A stretch of DNA of 53,198 nt from a virus (lineage: Duplodnaviria; Caudoviricetes), in IMG/VR virus record IMGVR_UViG_3300027734_000099, positions 1 to 53,198 of that record. One strand, 5' to 3'. The stretch's first letter is position 1. Each line of letters begins with the position of its first letter. This document shows, one piece after another, positions 34,477-44,269 of this stretch. The notes under the pieces are model-generated. The model was not told the DNA's origin and made no database searches. It saw nothing but the letters and a program-made list of their open reading frames with translations. The position numbers and the translations under genes are program-made.

Positions 34477-36981
34477 ATGAACATAGTTAAGAAGGAGAAA
34501 AAAATAAACCTACTGCGCCTATTCGCAGCACTAATCCTTACACTATTCCTCTTTATATTGGGACAATATTCAGCACACGCCGAAGAACCAACCGTAACTA
34601 CGGTTGTAGTCAGCCCTGCCTCCACAGATTCTTCTCCAAATCCTGTGACTTCTCCTGCTCCCGTAGTAGTTGTTGTGACAACAAGCGATACTTCGACTTC
34701 CACGGTTCAGACCACTGGATCCCCCCAACCAACCACCCAGACGCAAACCCAAACAGTATTAGTAGTTCCAACTGTAACCTCCGTTCAAGAAAAAATTGAG
34801 GTTGCAACTGTAGCACTATCTACTGCGGTAGCCGTAGCTACCCCTGAGCAACAGTCTGCTGCTGCAGCCCCTGTGGTAACAGCTCAAGCAGATATTACAA
34901 CAGCAACGACCGCGGTTGCGGTAGCCGTGACAGCAGTTGCAGCCGTAGATACTCAAACAGCAGTAGTAACGCAAGCCGTTACTAACGTAGATTCAGCTAC
35001 AGCAGTAGTGGCTACAGCAATAACCGCAATGGATTCTCAAACAGCGGTAGTAGCAACAGATACAGTTGCAGTAGCAACAGCCACAACTGCTTTACAAGTA
35101 GCAACTACGCTACCCGCTAACGCTATTACCTATACAACACCTGGTTATGTAGCTCCAGTTGCCCCAGCCGTTCCTACTGTTACAACAACAGTTCTTCCAG
35201 CAATGGGGGATGACGCTGCAAAAATAACAACCCCGTTTGATATTAAAATGGGAACAACAGTATTTGAAGGACAGGGAACAAACAGTCAGATATATGTAAG
35301 CCCTAAAGGAATTATTTCATTTGGTGGAAAAGATTACACATATTGGGACTGGCCTAACATGAAGCCAAACGGTATTTATGTATTTCAATCCGACTTTATG
35401 AGCAGTGGTACAGGTGCAAAAATTACTGTTACTACAACAGAGACCACTTTAAGCGTGGATTGGGATGTTCATAAATGGGGAGATAGTCAAGGTCCTCTTA
35501 CTAATATGAACTGGGATATGACAGTTAACCCAACAACAGGTGAGTGGACTGGCATAGGAACCATGTCTGGAAGCACTGTTGTAAGCGGTGGGCCTAGAAG
35601 CGGTGTTAGACAAAACGGGGTTTTAACTCAACTAACCGCAGTAACTAATACTCAAAAAGAAGCCATAGTTGCAACCGCTACAACTACTTTAGCAACTGCT
35701 CAAACAACTCTTACTACTGATACTGCCGTTCTTGCAACGCTTACAGAAGCGAAAACAACAGCAGTGACAGCACTTGCAACAGCTCAGTCCACACTAACAG
35801 CAGAAACTCAAACATTAACTACCCTCCAATCAACGGCTAATACAGCAGTTACTACAGCAAATCAATTAGCAGATACTGCAACTGCTAGCGTAGCAGTAGC
35901 GGTTGCTGCTCTTCAAGTTCCAACACCTATAGTTCAACCAGTGGTCCCTGTTCCCACCCCGGCTCCAGAACCTCAACCCGTTCCTCAACCTGAGCCAACC
36001 CCTGCGCCTCAACCTGAACCGGTTCCGCAACCTGAGCCAACACCCGTACCTCAGCCAGAGCCGCAACCACAGCCTGTGCCTGTGCCAGAACCAACCCCAC
36101 AACCTGAGCCTGTGCCTCAGCCTGAACCAACACCCGATCCTGCACCTGTTCCAGAAGTACAACCTGAGCCCGTGCCTTCTCCAGAGCCAGCTCCAATGCC
36201 TGAACCTGTGCCTGAGCCACCTATTGACCCACCCACAGAAGAGCCATTACCACCCACAGAACCCCAACCAGAACCGGCAGAGCCCGAAGCGCCACCCGTA
36301 GCACCCGAGGAGCCTCCTGTGGCACCTGAGCCACCTGTGGAACCAGAACCAGCACCAGAGACACCAGAGCCAGAGCCACAAAATCCGTCACCTGAACCAT
36401 CACAACCTCCTGTAGTAGAACCTGCTCCAGAGCCTACCACACCAGCTGAAGAGGTTGCCTCAGCTATTGAAGACGCTAAAGCAGACGGTAAAGTAACTGA
36501 GGCCGAGAAAGAAGTAATTGCAGAAGCTTTGGTTGCCTCACTTGCTCCTGGAGAATCCCTTACTAAAGAACAAATTCAAGAAGCAGGAATTGAGTACAAG
36601 GACCTGCCACCAGAGACTCCTGTCGAGGTTAGGCAGGATGAAAATGGAAATGAAGTTATCATTACAGCAGACGTTGCTGCAGCCCTCGTATTATTAGAGA
36701 ACCCTGCGGAGTTAATTGGCGCAATATTTGATGACCCTGGTCAAGCTCTCCAAGCACTTGGAAGTATCGGTGCGGACATGAGCCCACAAGAACGAGAAGA
36801 AGCAGAAAAGATGGTTGTTGCTGCCGTCATTGCAGGTAATGCTGCAATTAACGCAGTAGGAGCCGCAGCATCAGCTGCTGGTGGAGCTACACGAAGTGGT
36901 GGCGGTACTGGTGGCGGTGGAAGTTCCGGTGGCGGAGGAGCCTCCGGTGAATCTAAAGGCGTTAGGAGACGTAAGCCGTGA
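34477..36981 (+). CDS. Large secreted/surface protein: signal peptide, Thr/Ala/Val stalk, NIDO-like domain, PEP-repeat linker
   Basis: AHA|EE signal cleavage; DD...TPF...[12 protein letters not shown]; long PQPEP repeats; hydrophobic stretch then RRRKP at C-terminus. Confidence 0.75.
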   Translation: MNIVKKEKKINLLRLFAALILTLFLFILGQYSAHAEEPTVTTVVVSPASTDSSPNPVTSPAPVVVVVTTSDTSTSTVQTTGSPQPTTQTQTQTVLVVPTVTSVQEKIEVATVALSTAVAVATPEQQSAAAAPVVTAQADITTATTAVAVAVTAVAAVDTQTAVVTQAVTNVDSATAVVATAITAMDSQTAVVATDTVAVATATTALQVATTLPANAITYTTPGYVAPVAPAVPTVTTTVLPAMGDDAAKITTPFDIKMGTTVFEGQGTNSQIYVSPKGIISFGGKDYTYWDWPNMKPNGIYVFQSDFMSSGTGAKITVTTTETTLSVDWDVHKWGDSQGPLTNMNWDMTVNPTTGEWTGIGTMSGSTVVSGGPRSGVRQNGVLTQLTAVTNTQKEAIVATATTTLATAQTTLTTDTAVLATLTEAKTTAVTALATAQSTLTAETQTLTTLQSTANTAVTTANQLADTATASVAVAVAALQVPTPIVQPVVPVPTPAPEPQPVPQPEPTPAPQPEPVPQPEPTPVPQPEPQPQPVPVPEPTPQPEPVPQPEPTPDPAPVPEVQPEPVPSPEPAPMPEPVPEPPIDPPTEEPLPPTEPQPEPAEPEAPPVAPEEPPVAPEPPVEPEPAPETPEPEPQNPSPEPSQPPVVEPAPEPTTPAEEVASAIEDAKADGKVTEAEKEVIAEALVASLAPGESLTKEQIQEAGIEYKDLPPETPVEVRQDENGNEVIITADVAAALVLLENPAELIGAIFDDPGQALQALGSIGADMSPQEREEAEKMVVAAVIAGNAAINAVGAAASAAGGATRSGGGTGGGGSSGGGGASGESKGVRRRKP

Positions 36982-37148
36982 GAGTTATTAGAGACATGAT
37001 TGACCAACTATGGACATTGTTAGGCATGTTCATTGCCTGGGTAGTTCTTGATGGATCTGCAAAGACCGTTGTTGGTTATGCAATTGTCGGAACATTAATT
37101 GCTTGGGCCGTTACCTACCCACTACGTAACCCAAAGGATGAGGAATAA
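36978..37148 (+). CDS. 56-aa 2-TM protein (not in ORF track)
   Basis: [26 protein letters not shown]...; GTGA overlap, AGGAG SD. Confidence 0.65.
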   Translation: MRVIRDMIDQLWTLLGMFIAWVVLDGSAKTVVGYAIVGTLIAWAVTYPLRNPKDEE

Positions 37149-37149
37149 T

Positions 37150-37512
37150 ATGAAATCAGTAGGAAACATAATTCTGAGAATCGTTGCAACATTTGCTGCT
37201 AGCGGCCTATCAGTTATCGGTGCCGGAGCTATTGCAGGCATCTCAACAGTAAAAGCAATAACAGTGGCTGGCCTTACAGCCGTTGCAGTTGTTGTAGAAA
37301 AGCTTGCCCGTGGGTTTATGAACGATGGAAAGCTAGACATCAATGAGATTAACTCAGCGTTTGCAGCTGTAGACGCACAGTCTAAGACAGCAGCTGATTT
37401 AAAAGTTGAAGCTGTTCAATCTGGCCAAGATATTGTTATTTCATCAGGTGCTAAGCCGGACGGCGAAGTTCCAGCAGAACAACCTGTAGATGAAGGTTGG
37501 GATAAGCGATAA
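37150..37512 (+). CDS. Holin-like membrane protein
   Basis: Two hydrophobic segments; directly upstream of CHAP lysin. Confidence 0.6.
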   Translation: MKSVGNIILRIVATFAASGLSVIGAGAIAGISTVKAITVAGLTAVAVVVEKLARGFMNDGKLDINEINSAFAAVDAQSKTAADLKVEAVQSGQDIVISSGAKPDGEVPAEQPVDEGWDKR

Positions 37513-38060
37513 TGGCAGATAAAGGAACAGCAGCTAAACTAATTGAGGTTGCAACAGGAGAACTAGGAACCATTGAAGGCCCTAAAGATAACGAAACAAA
37601 GTATGGCGCTTACACAAAGGCTAACTTTCAGCCATGGTGTGGATCATTTGTAAACTGGTGCGCTAACGAAGCCGGTGTAAAAGTACCTAATACCGTTTAT
37701 ACGCCTGGTGGAGCAGCAGCATTTAAAAAGGCTAACTCTTGGATTGATGGAGATTTAGCTGACCCAGAGCCAGGGGATATTGCCTATTTTGATTTTCCTT
37801 CAGATGGCGTCGATCGAATTTCTCACGTTGGAATTGTTATCAAAGACAACGGTGATGGAACAGTTTGGTGCATTGAAGGAAACACAAGCCCAGACGATAA
37901 AGGATCACAGCGTAATGGTGGTCAAGTATCTAAGAAGCTTCGTGCGTATAAGAAGAACCCTAAGAAGGTTCAGATTTCTATTGTAGGATTTGGCCGCCCT
38001 AAGTTTGGCGGAGCTCCTGCAGCACCTGTAGCTACTAAGTGTTCTTGCTGCGGTAAATAA
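37512..38060 (+). CDS. CHAP-domain endolysin
   Basis: PWCGSFV, PGD, HVGIV, IEGN. Confidence 0.88.
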   Translation: MADKGTAAKLIEVATGELGTIEGPKDNETKYGAYTKANFQPWCGSFVNWCANEAGVKVPNTVYTPGGAAAFKKANSWIDGDLADPEPGDIAYFDFPSDGVDRISHVGIVIKDNGDGTVWCIEGNTSPDDKGSQRNGGQVSKKLRAYKKNPKKVQISIVGFGRPKFGGAPAAPVATKCSCCGK

Positions 38061-38152
38061 TGTATTACCTCACACACATCACATTTCAAGGAGTATTTTT
38101 AGTAACTCTTTTTGCAGTTACTTTCCTTGGAATGTGGTGGTCTGAGCGCTAG
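38060..38152 (+). CDS. 30-aa TM peptide (not in ORF track)
   Basis: MYYLTHITFQGVFLVTLFAVTFLGMWWSER; TAATG coupling. Confidence 0.5.
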   Translation: MYYLTHITFQGVFLVTLFAVTFLGMWWSER

Positions 38153-39327
38153 CGGTCGTTTCTACCGCCAAGAACAATTAACTCTCTTCGAGGATCAAAT
38201 CCCTCACCAACAACTAAAGAAATAAGTCCTGGTGCGCTTTCAAGCCCAGACTTATCACGGAACCAAGCAGAACCGTTATCCATTGCTGGATTTTGAATAA
38301 ACAATCGTGGCCCTACGTTCTGTGAACGATAGTGGTGATAGTGCCCAACGTTAAGAATGTCTGCATCCGCTACAGAACAACGTCCCATAACTTGACCTTG
38401 CCACCACTTAACCATGTCACGTGCTTGATGGCCATGAGCCATGCCGTACATAACACCGCTTAAGTTAACAGTAAGTGTGCTGTCGTCTGCTGCTGGATAG
38501 CGGAACTCAACGCGATCACGTAAGAACTCACTCTCCTTACAGATATCCTCAACTTGAGCAACTACGTCAATCTGCCAAGAATCTTCAGGACGACTTACTA
38601 AGAAACGCTGTACCTCATCGTGATTCCCAGGTACTACCGGGACAATAATCTTGTCTGTTAAAGGGGCAAGTGCTTTAATCTGAGCAAGAAGCATTCGGCG
38701 TCCAACTCGAACCTGCTCTGAAACACCAATGTCATGGCGCCCCATTACTTTACCTTTTTGACTTGTCATACCCTCGATGCAATCACCAAGTTGGGGTAAT
38801 GCAATTTGTTTAATTCCGTACTTACCCGCTAAATACTTATGGTGCTCAACAGCCTCGTCAATAGACTTAAGAACCCTATCAATAATAGCTGGAGTGTCAT
38901 CTTTACCGTACTGTGTATCACCAATGCTGTACACAGCAGTTAAATCCCCAGTTGATTTAAGAACCTCGGTTGGTTCCCAATTAACAATTAAAGAAAGAAG
39001 TTGTTCTAGATCATAATCAGGGGCGTCTGCTTTACCTGAAGGAACAACGTTAACTCTAAAAGACTCAAGCCAATCACCGTTAAATGTTTGCCAACGTGAA
39101 CGCCTATGAGATACGACAGTCCACTCAGCTGGATCTAGCTTTGCTTCAATAAGAATTTCTTCTGCGCCAGGTGTGTTTCCATCTGGACGTGGAGTAGAAA
39201 CAATAAAGCCACCATCTGTTCCAATTTCAGAACGTGGTCGCCATGCTTCTGGAATACTTTTATTTGATTTGTCTGAACCTTCTTGCCCAGCTTTTATAAT
39301 TTCGTTGTAATCGTCTGCTAAAGACAT
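38149..39327 (-). CDS. Calcineurin-like metallophosphoesterase (Mre11/SbcD-like)
   Basis: GDTQ, LGD, GNHD, HGH, GHYH. Confidence 0.85.
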   Translation of the reverse strand: MSLADDYNEIIKAGQEGSDKSNKSIPEAWRPRSEIGTDGGFIVSTPRPDGNTPGAEEILIEAKLDPAEWTVVSHRRSRWQTFNGDWLESFRVNVVPSGKADAPDYDLEQLLSLIVNWEPTEVLKSTGDLTAVYSIGDTQYGKDDTPAIIDRVLKSIDEAVEHHKYLAGKYGIKQIALPQLGDCIEGMTSQKGKVMGRHDIGVSEQVRVGRRMLLAQIKALAPLTDKIIVPVVPGNHDEVQRFLVSRPEDSWQIDVVAQVEDICKESEFLRDRVEFRYPAADDSTLTVNLSGVMYGMAHGHQARDMVKWWQGQVMGRCSVADADILNVGHYHHYRSQNVGPRLFIQNPAMDNGSAWFRDKSGLESAPGLISLVVGEGFDPRRELIVLGGRNDR

Positions 39328-39551
39328 ACACAATCTCCTCTGCGATGGTCACGAACGGCAGTCTTGCCAAATGTTCCACCGGCACGTCGGAGTAACATAA
39401 ATAAATCTTTTGTACTTAGCTCATCATCTTCAATAGCTATATCAAGTACTTTTTTATCTTCTTCTGGGAGCGTGTCAGCCCACTGTCCTACAATACAAAG
39501 TTTTAAATTACCTAAAGATTTTGCCTCTGCGTATAAATCTTGCAACGACAT
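39318..39551 (-). CDS. Small putative DNA-binding protein
   Basis: 77 aa, HTH-like, HRRG.C.C tail. Confidence 0.65.
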   Translation of the reverse strand: MSLQDLYAEAKSLGNLKLCIVGQWADTLPEEDKKVLDIAIEDDELSTKDLFMLLRRAGGTFGKTAVRDHRRGDCVCL

Positions 39552-39582
39552 TGGTGTCCTCCATAATTTAGTCCAATTACAG

Positions 39583-39615
39583 TACTAGGCCCCGAGGAAA
39601 CCCCAAGGCCTAGTA
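39583..39615 (-). terminator. Hairpin
   Basis: TACTAGGCC/GGCCTAGTA. Confidence 0.5.
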
Positions 39616-39631
39616 ACTAGCATACATCAAA

Positions 39632-39994
39632 TTAGTAAGAAGCACCAGCTCCAGAATCGAAGTTTGTGCGATCACGCTTTGTAGCAGTAGCAATGATTCG
39701 GCCATTAGCCTGAGTCATTCCAGCTGCTGGATCTGTCATCTTTGTATAGCGAGCTTTAATTGAATAAGCAGCTCCCATACGATCCTTACCTGTAGCAGGG
39801 ACGTTGCTACGTGGAGCACCCTTTGATCCGTATGGATCTCCAGCTGCTGTGTTCTTCTTTGGTACAAGTGTGCCTGCCTCAGGTGATGCTGATGGAGAAG
39901 TAAATGCAATTCCATCCTTCATCATAGGCTTGCGACCTTGCTTTGCCATACCTGCAAGCGCCTCGTCAGGGCTTGGGATTGAGCCTTTTGCCAT
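39632..39994 (-). CDS. Hypothetical protein
   Basis: 120 aa, AGGA SD. Confidence 0.7.
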   Translation of the reverse strand: MAKGSIPSPDEALAGMAKQGRKPMMKDGIAFTSPSASPEAGTLVPKKNTAAGDPYGSKGAPRSNVPATGKDRMGAAYSIKARYTKMTDPAAGMTQANGRIIATATKRDRTNFDSGAGASY

Positions 39995-40036
39995 GGTTTT
40001 CCTAACTGTTAAGAGATCTCTTGTTATAAGAATATA

Positions 40037-40318
40037 TCAACTTACATTGATAGTAAAGACTATTGCTGAAATTTGTCCGTCACGAGAGTCCACGGTAGTG
40101 AATCCTGGACGGCAATTTAGGTCAAGACCTCTAGGGGCAACATAGCCTCTAGCAATAGCAATCGCTTTTACTGCCTGGTTTACTGCTGAAGCACCAACTG
40201 CACGGATCTTTACCTGTGGAGTTTCGTATAAAGCATGGGCAATCGCAGAGCCTACTGACTGGGCGTTAGAGCCAGCGCTTACACGCAGGAACTTCTCTTC
40301 ATTATCTTTTTCAATCAC
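40037..40318 (-). CDS. spoVS: SpoVS family (Alba-like) protein
   Basis: LRVS..S...SV..AIA...AVGA.AVNQAVKAIAIARGYVAP.G.DL...P.F. Confidence 0.9.
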   Translation of the reverse strand: MIEKDNEEKFLRVSAGSNAQSVGSAIAHALYETPQVKIRAVGASAVNQAVKAIAIARGYVAPRGLDLNCRPGFTTVDSRDGQISAIVFTINVS

Positions 40319-40377
40319 GGTTTTGTAGTCCTTAGTTTTCGATTTAGAGTCGCCCTCTAAGGAAAAAGGTACGTGAT

Positions 40378-40728
40378 TTAAGAGGCTCCGTCAGCGTATC
40401 CAGCCTCTTTTAATAGGTTTACAAAGTCTTCTAGCCTTAATATTACTGGCCATTCGCCAATAGTTGCCTCGCCTTGCCCGTTAAGTCTTAGTACAGCTAC
40501 AGGTAAATCTTTGCCATTATGGCGATCTTTTAGCTGTTTTATGGCTGCAGAAGGATTAAACCCTGTGCGAGCTTTAACTTCCCAATCAATGCCAATAGTT
40601 CCAGTAACGTCCGTACCCGAACGCCCAGCCCCAGTAGATTCGGCATACGGCCAACCATTAGCAACTAAATAGTTAGCTACTATTTTTTGAGACTTGTAGC
40701 CACGATGTTTTCTACTTTGAGAAGGCAT
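40378..40728 (-). CDS. Holliday junction resolvase-like PD-(D/E)xK nuclease
   Basis: RG...L...GW, D...EVK. Confidence 0.75.
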   Translation of the reverse strand: MPSQSRKHRGYKSQKIVANYLVANGWPYAESTGAGRSGTDVTGTIGIDWEVKARTGFNPSAAIKQLKDRHNGKDLPVAVLRLNGQGEATIGEWPVILRLEDFVNLLKEAGYADGAS

Positions 40729-40736
40729 TAGGCATC

Positions 40737-41528
40737 CTACTCCACTAAATTTTTCTTAATTTCGGAGATCATTTGCTCTCTAAGTTTAGCTTTTTTTGCC
40801 ATAACGTACTTTTCTGTAAGTGGTTTAAATAACCCATAGCGTGCGGATGCTGCACCACACTCAATTTGCAACTGTGCAATTGTGGGTGTTCGCATAAATC
40901 GTTTAAACACAACAGGCCTATCGGTCAGTATATGTAAATACAGTAAATCATCTCCCTCAAGAAAAGTCATTTTTTCTGTAGACATGGGAATATGATAATC
41001 TAGTTGAAATGGTATAAACCATTGTCCGATGTCAAACTCCCCCATGGATAACATTGCACCATCAGCAGGTGATGAGTGTGGGTAATAGGGTGGGGTGCTT
41101 TTAGCAATAACGGGTTCTTCGGCTACAAAAAGCCACATAAAATTATAAAAAACATTAGCATAACCTTCAAAAGAAGATTTACGTATTACGTTTAAAAAAA
41201 TTTTAGAATTTAGGTCAGCCCCAAAAGAACGAGAATTAGTAGGGTAGTTTTCATGTTTTGCTATTTCTTGTGCTGCTGCTTCTAAAAATCCTTTTGGAAA
41301 TGTAACTATATTTTCTACAGGATTTTTAAAAACAAAAACATTACGTGTAGTGTCTTTAAAAGCAGGGCAAGCGTATACGTTATCTACTGCCACCTTAGAA
41401 GGGCGAAGCTTATTTACTTGAGAATATAGGCTTACTGGTTCAGGGTATAGTAACGACCACGATTCTTTATCGCTTTCGTAAGTTGCAGGAGTCCAGTAAA
41501 TAATTAGGGGTTCTTTGTTACCAATCAT
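40737..41528 (-). CDS. Distant relative of the DUF6065-like genes
   Basis: YPEP..L, CPAF.D, GEFDIGQWF; AT-rich. Confidence 0.55.
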   Translation of the reverse strand: MIGNKEPLIIYWTPATYESDKESWSLLYPEPVSLYSQVNKLRPSKVAVDNVYACPAFKDTTRNVFVFKNPVENIVTFPKGFLEAAAQEIAKHENYPTNSRSFGADLNSKIFLNVIRKSSFEGYANVFYNFMWLFVAEEPVIAKSTPPYYPHSSPADGAMLSMGEFDIGQWFIPFQLDYHIPMSTEKMTFLEGDDLLYLHILTDRPVVFKRFMRTPTIAQLQIECGAASARYGLFKPLTEKYVMAKKAKLREQMISEIKKNLVE

Positions 41529-42109
41529 TTTTTATCCATTCGACTAGTAACTAGTTTTTCTAAATCTTCTACAGTGCCGTTATTTAAAAAAATTTGATCA
41601 ACTTTATATCCGTCTAATTCAGACTCAGATACGTGATCATTAACCGGGCCAAAACCTGTTCTTTTTACACGCCAAATTTGACCCCCCATAGTTTTAACCA
41701 TTGAAGCCTCATTCTCAAACCTTACATCTGTTATCACAACAAGTTCACCCGGGCTTACATTATTAAATGCAGTTGTAACCCAGATATTTGTATAAAGTAA
41801 ATCTCTAGCGGCCACACCTAAGTCTTGTAGTAACCTACGAACTTGAGGTTCTTGTTTTGCTTTATCCCAACCAACTAAGTTTACTAAATCTTGTAAATAA
41901 CCCGTAGGGCTACATCCAACCATTGGATTAATTGCATACAAAACTTCTCTTATTTTGTCTGCAAAAGCAAGTCTTTTGTATCCATACTTGTTTACTAAAA
42001 TATCCGCCACGGTGTCTTTTCCAGATTGTGCATAACCTGTAAGACCAATAACACTAGGTTTAAGGCCTAGCTCTTCATCTGTAAATAGAGGAAGCTGCTC
42101 ATAACTCAT
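41525..42109 (-). CDS. Deoxynucleoside monophosphate kinase
   Basis: IGLTGYAQSGKDT, FAD, R..LQ..G, ITDVRF.NE, H.SE. Confidence 0.9.
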   Translation of the reverse strand: MSYEQLPLFTDEELGLKPSVIGLTGYAQSGKDTVADILVNKYGYKRLAFADKIREVLYAINPMVGCSPTGYLQDLVNLVGWDKAKQEPQVRRLLQDLGVAARDLLYTNIWVTTAFNNVSPGELVVITDVRFENEASMVKTMGGQIWRVKRTGFGPVNDHVSESELDGYKVDQIFLNNGTVEDLEKLVTSRMDKK

Positions 42110-42591
42110 GGTGTAAACCTCCGGGTTCTAGAACGCATGCCGCCACCATCTGATGTACGGCGAGTTAATTCACGAGAAACTACTTGTGAATCACGCTCTA
42201 CACTAAGGGCGCGAGTCTCAAGCAATTTACGAAACGCATAACGAGTGTTTAAATCTTCATACAACTCGTTTACTTCTGGTGATACAGCAATCTGTGCCTT
42301 AAGTACCGTTACTTTATCCCCGCCTTTTGTACCGGTCCAGTTCTTAAGCATTGCACCAGCTTCTGCTACATCTACGTTGCGCTGTGCTTCACGCTCATTA
42401 ATTACTGCAATAGCGTGAGCCCCTGAAAGGTGATCGTTCCACTGAGTAAACTGTACAAAAAGATCCATAAGACCCTCGTCGTCTAATTCTGTTATGTCAC
42501 GAGGAAGTTCTGGAATCTCATAGCCAGGCTTTGGAGAAAGAGTAAATCCTAGTTCTCCCAAGCTATCTAATACCTTACGACTTATACTCAT
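42106..42591 (-). CDS. Helical hypothetical protein
   Basis: Coiled-coil, SRELTRR near C-terminus. Confidence 0.7.
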   Translation of the reverse strand: MSISRKVLDSLGELGFTLSPKPGYEIPELPRDITELDDEGLMDLFVQFTQWNDHLSGAHAIAVINEREAQRNVDVAEAGAMLKNWTGTKGGDKVTVLKAQIAVSPEVNELYEDLNTRYAFRKLLETRALSVERDSQVVSRELTRRTSDGGGMRSRTRRFTP

Positions 42592-42758
42592 TGACCGCCC
42601 CATCCTCCGCCTTTAAGTTGAATACCAAATGTAGAGTATTGTCTAAATGCTTCTCCACCGCACTTACATACTATTGCAGGTAAAGGACCATCTTGAATAG
42701 GAAAAAAACTCTCAGTTACTTCTTGACACTTTGAGCACTTGTAATTGTAATCAGGCAT
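42588..42758 (-). CDS. FmdB-like Zn-ribbon protein
   Basis: MPDYNYKCSKC...C.CG...KG.GW. Confidence 0.8.
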   Translation of the reverse strand: MPDYNYKCSKCQEVTESFFPIQDGPLPAIVCKCGGEAFRQYSTFGIQLKGGGWGGQ

Positions 42759-43644
42759 CAATACTCTCCTTATAAGGCTCACACCGTTTACATCCGGCTA
42801 CGGGGTCAATATTACACACAGGTGGTCGGTTGTTGTCAACTGCCCAAGCAATGTCCAAGGCTTGATCAAACAGCTCCTTGGTAAACTCTGGGTTGTATTT
42901 GACAGTAAACTCTTTATAATCTTGGTTAGCTTTAAGCTCATAGATAAATACGATCTCTTCTGGTGCAGACGGAAGATCTCCGTTCTCAACCATTAGATGA
43001 GTTAAGTGCAGGTAAACCTGACCCTGTAATTGATGGGCACGAAACGGCGCACGAATATTGCGCCAAGCTTTTTCTAAATCACCATCAGACTGAGCTAACA
43101 AAGCCGGAGCCTCAAAGCGAAGTGTTCCAGCACCAATAGACTTAATCTCAATAAGGCAGTCTTCTCCCAATGTTTTAACCCAACCATCTGAGTGACCACC
43201 AATCTTGTGCTTGTCACTCCACAGAGGAACTTCACGGTATTCAAAAACCCCACACTCTGGGTCATCAAAATTTAAATCAGAAGCAAGTTCCCAATCTGAA
43301 GGTCCACACTCCGAGCACTCCCACTTACCGTAAAGCACGCCCATTTCTGTAAGCCACTTCTGCCACTTAGCGTGGATCGTGTGCCCCTCATCAAAGATAG
43401 ATTGAAGACGAAGAGTAGGCTTTTCACGCACCTCTTTGTAGTTACCTTTAATTGCATGGTACTGGGCAAGATGACACCACTCAGGTTTAATCATGTCAGA
43501 TGGGTGAATAATATCCATGCGACGATTATCAAAAGGCTTAGATAACAAGTGGCGCTCAATAGCGCCCATTAAACGAGTATCTCGTTTAGTTGCGTCTAAG
43601 AATGCTTTTAAAGAAATCGCCTTAGGCTTGCCCGTATTTGCCAT
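42751..43644 (-). CDS. Cas4/RecB-like exonuclease
   Basis: G..IH, GHSDG, IEIKS, Q.QVY, terminal CKRC. Confidence 0.8.
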   Translation of the reverse strand: MANTGKPKAISLKAFLDATKRDTRLMGAIERHLLSKPFDNRRMDIIHPSDMIKPEWCHLAQYHAIKGNYKEVREKPTLRLQSIFDEGHTIHAKWQKWLTEMGVLYGKWECSECGPSDWELASDLNFDDPECGVFEYREVPLWSDKHKIGGHSDGWVKTLGEDCLIEIKSIGAGTLRFEAPALLAQSDGDLEKAWRNIRAPFRAHQLQGQVYLHLTHLMVENGDLPSAPEEIVFIYELKANQDYKEFTVKYNPEFTKELFDQALDIAWAVDNNRPPVCNIDPVAGCKRCEPYKESIDA

Positions 43645-43951
43645 CCTGGTCTATCCATTCTTCTAGTGTTAAACCTTGTTTTTCATACTTACGCTTTGCT
43701 GCATTTCTTTCTCTGTGTGACATGCCACCAAAGATTCCATGCAACTCATCGTTTATGATAGCTTCTTTAAGACATTCTTTGCGAACTGGACAAGCTGGTC
43801 GCCCATCCTTTCCCCAACAGATTGCTTTAGCTTTATCTGCTATCGGTTTGTATAAAGCTTTATCTCTTGGTGGGAAAAATATCTCTGTATCTTCCCCTCG
43901 GCATTTAGCCCTGTATCTCCAAGCCCATGTAGGCTCGTCGTCATATTCCAT
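43622..43951 (-). CDS. whiB: WhiB family transcription factor
   Basis: W..RAKC, FFP, AKAIC, CPV..EC, GIFGG...ER. Confidence 0.92.
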   Translation of the reverse strand: MEYDDEPTWAWRYRAKCRGEDTEIFFPPRDKALYKPIADKAKAICWGKDGRPACPVRKECLKEAIINDELHGIFGGMSHRERNAAKRKYEKQGLTLEEWIDQDGKYGQA

Positions 43952-44269
43952 TTAGTCACCCCTGAGTGCGTTACGAAGTTCAAAGAAATCCTCCTCTCCT
44001 AAAACTACATAGTTCTCGCCATCAAGGTGAAGACCTAAAACCGGAATACGACTATCAAGGATAGCCTCGGTAGTAATCTTCTTAAGAACTTCTGATTTAA
44101 TGGTTATTGACTTTTTGCCGGTCCATTTGTGCTCAATCAAAAGATCATTACTTCGTACATCCCCTTTACGTGACCAGAAAGCGCCTGACGCTGCAGAACG
44201 TTTTCCATCCACAAGTTTCTCTAAACGCTTCTCATGCTTTAGAGATTGCTTTTGTCCCTCACTCTTCAT
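43952..44269 (-). CDS. Second resolvase-like PD-(D/E)xK nuclease
   Basis: E..., SGA...KGD, IEHK. Confidence 0.7.
   Translation of the reverse strand: MKSEGQKQSLKHEKRLEKLVDGKRSAASGAFWSRKGDVRSNDLLIEHKWTGKKSITIKSEVLKKITTEAILDSRIPVLGLHLDGENYVVLGEEDFFELRNALRGD

Noticed and set aside
35866-36440. Antisense ORFs over the Pro-rich repeat, and other opposite-strand ORFs such as 26165-26854 and 19609-20046
   Set aside because: Shadow frames of real genes caused by codon bias and repeats
42751-43644. CRISPR-Cas system from the Cas4-like gene
   Set aside because: Solo Cas4-like nucleases are routine phage recombination genes; no array or other cas genes
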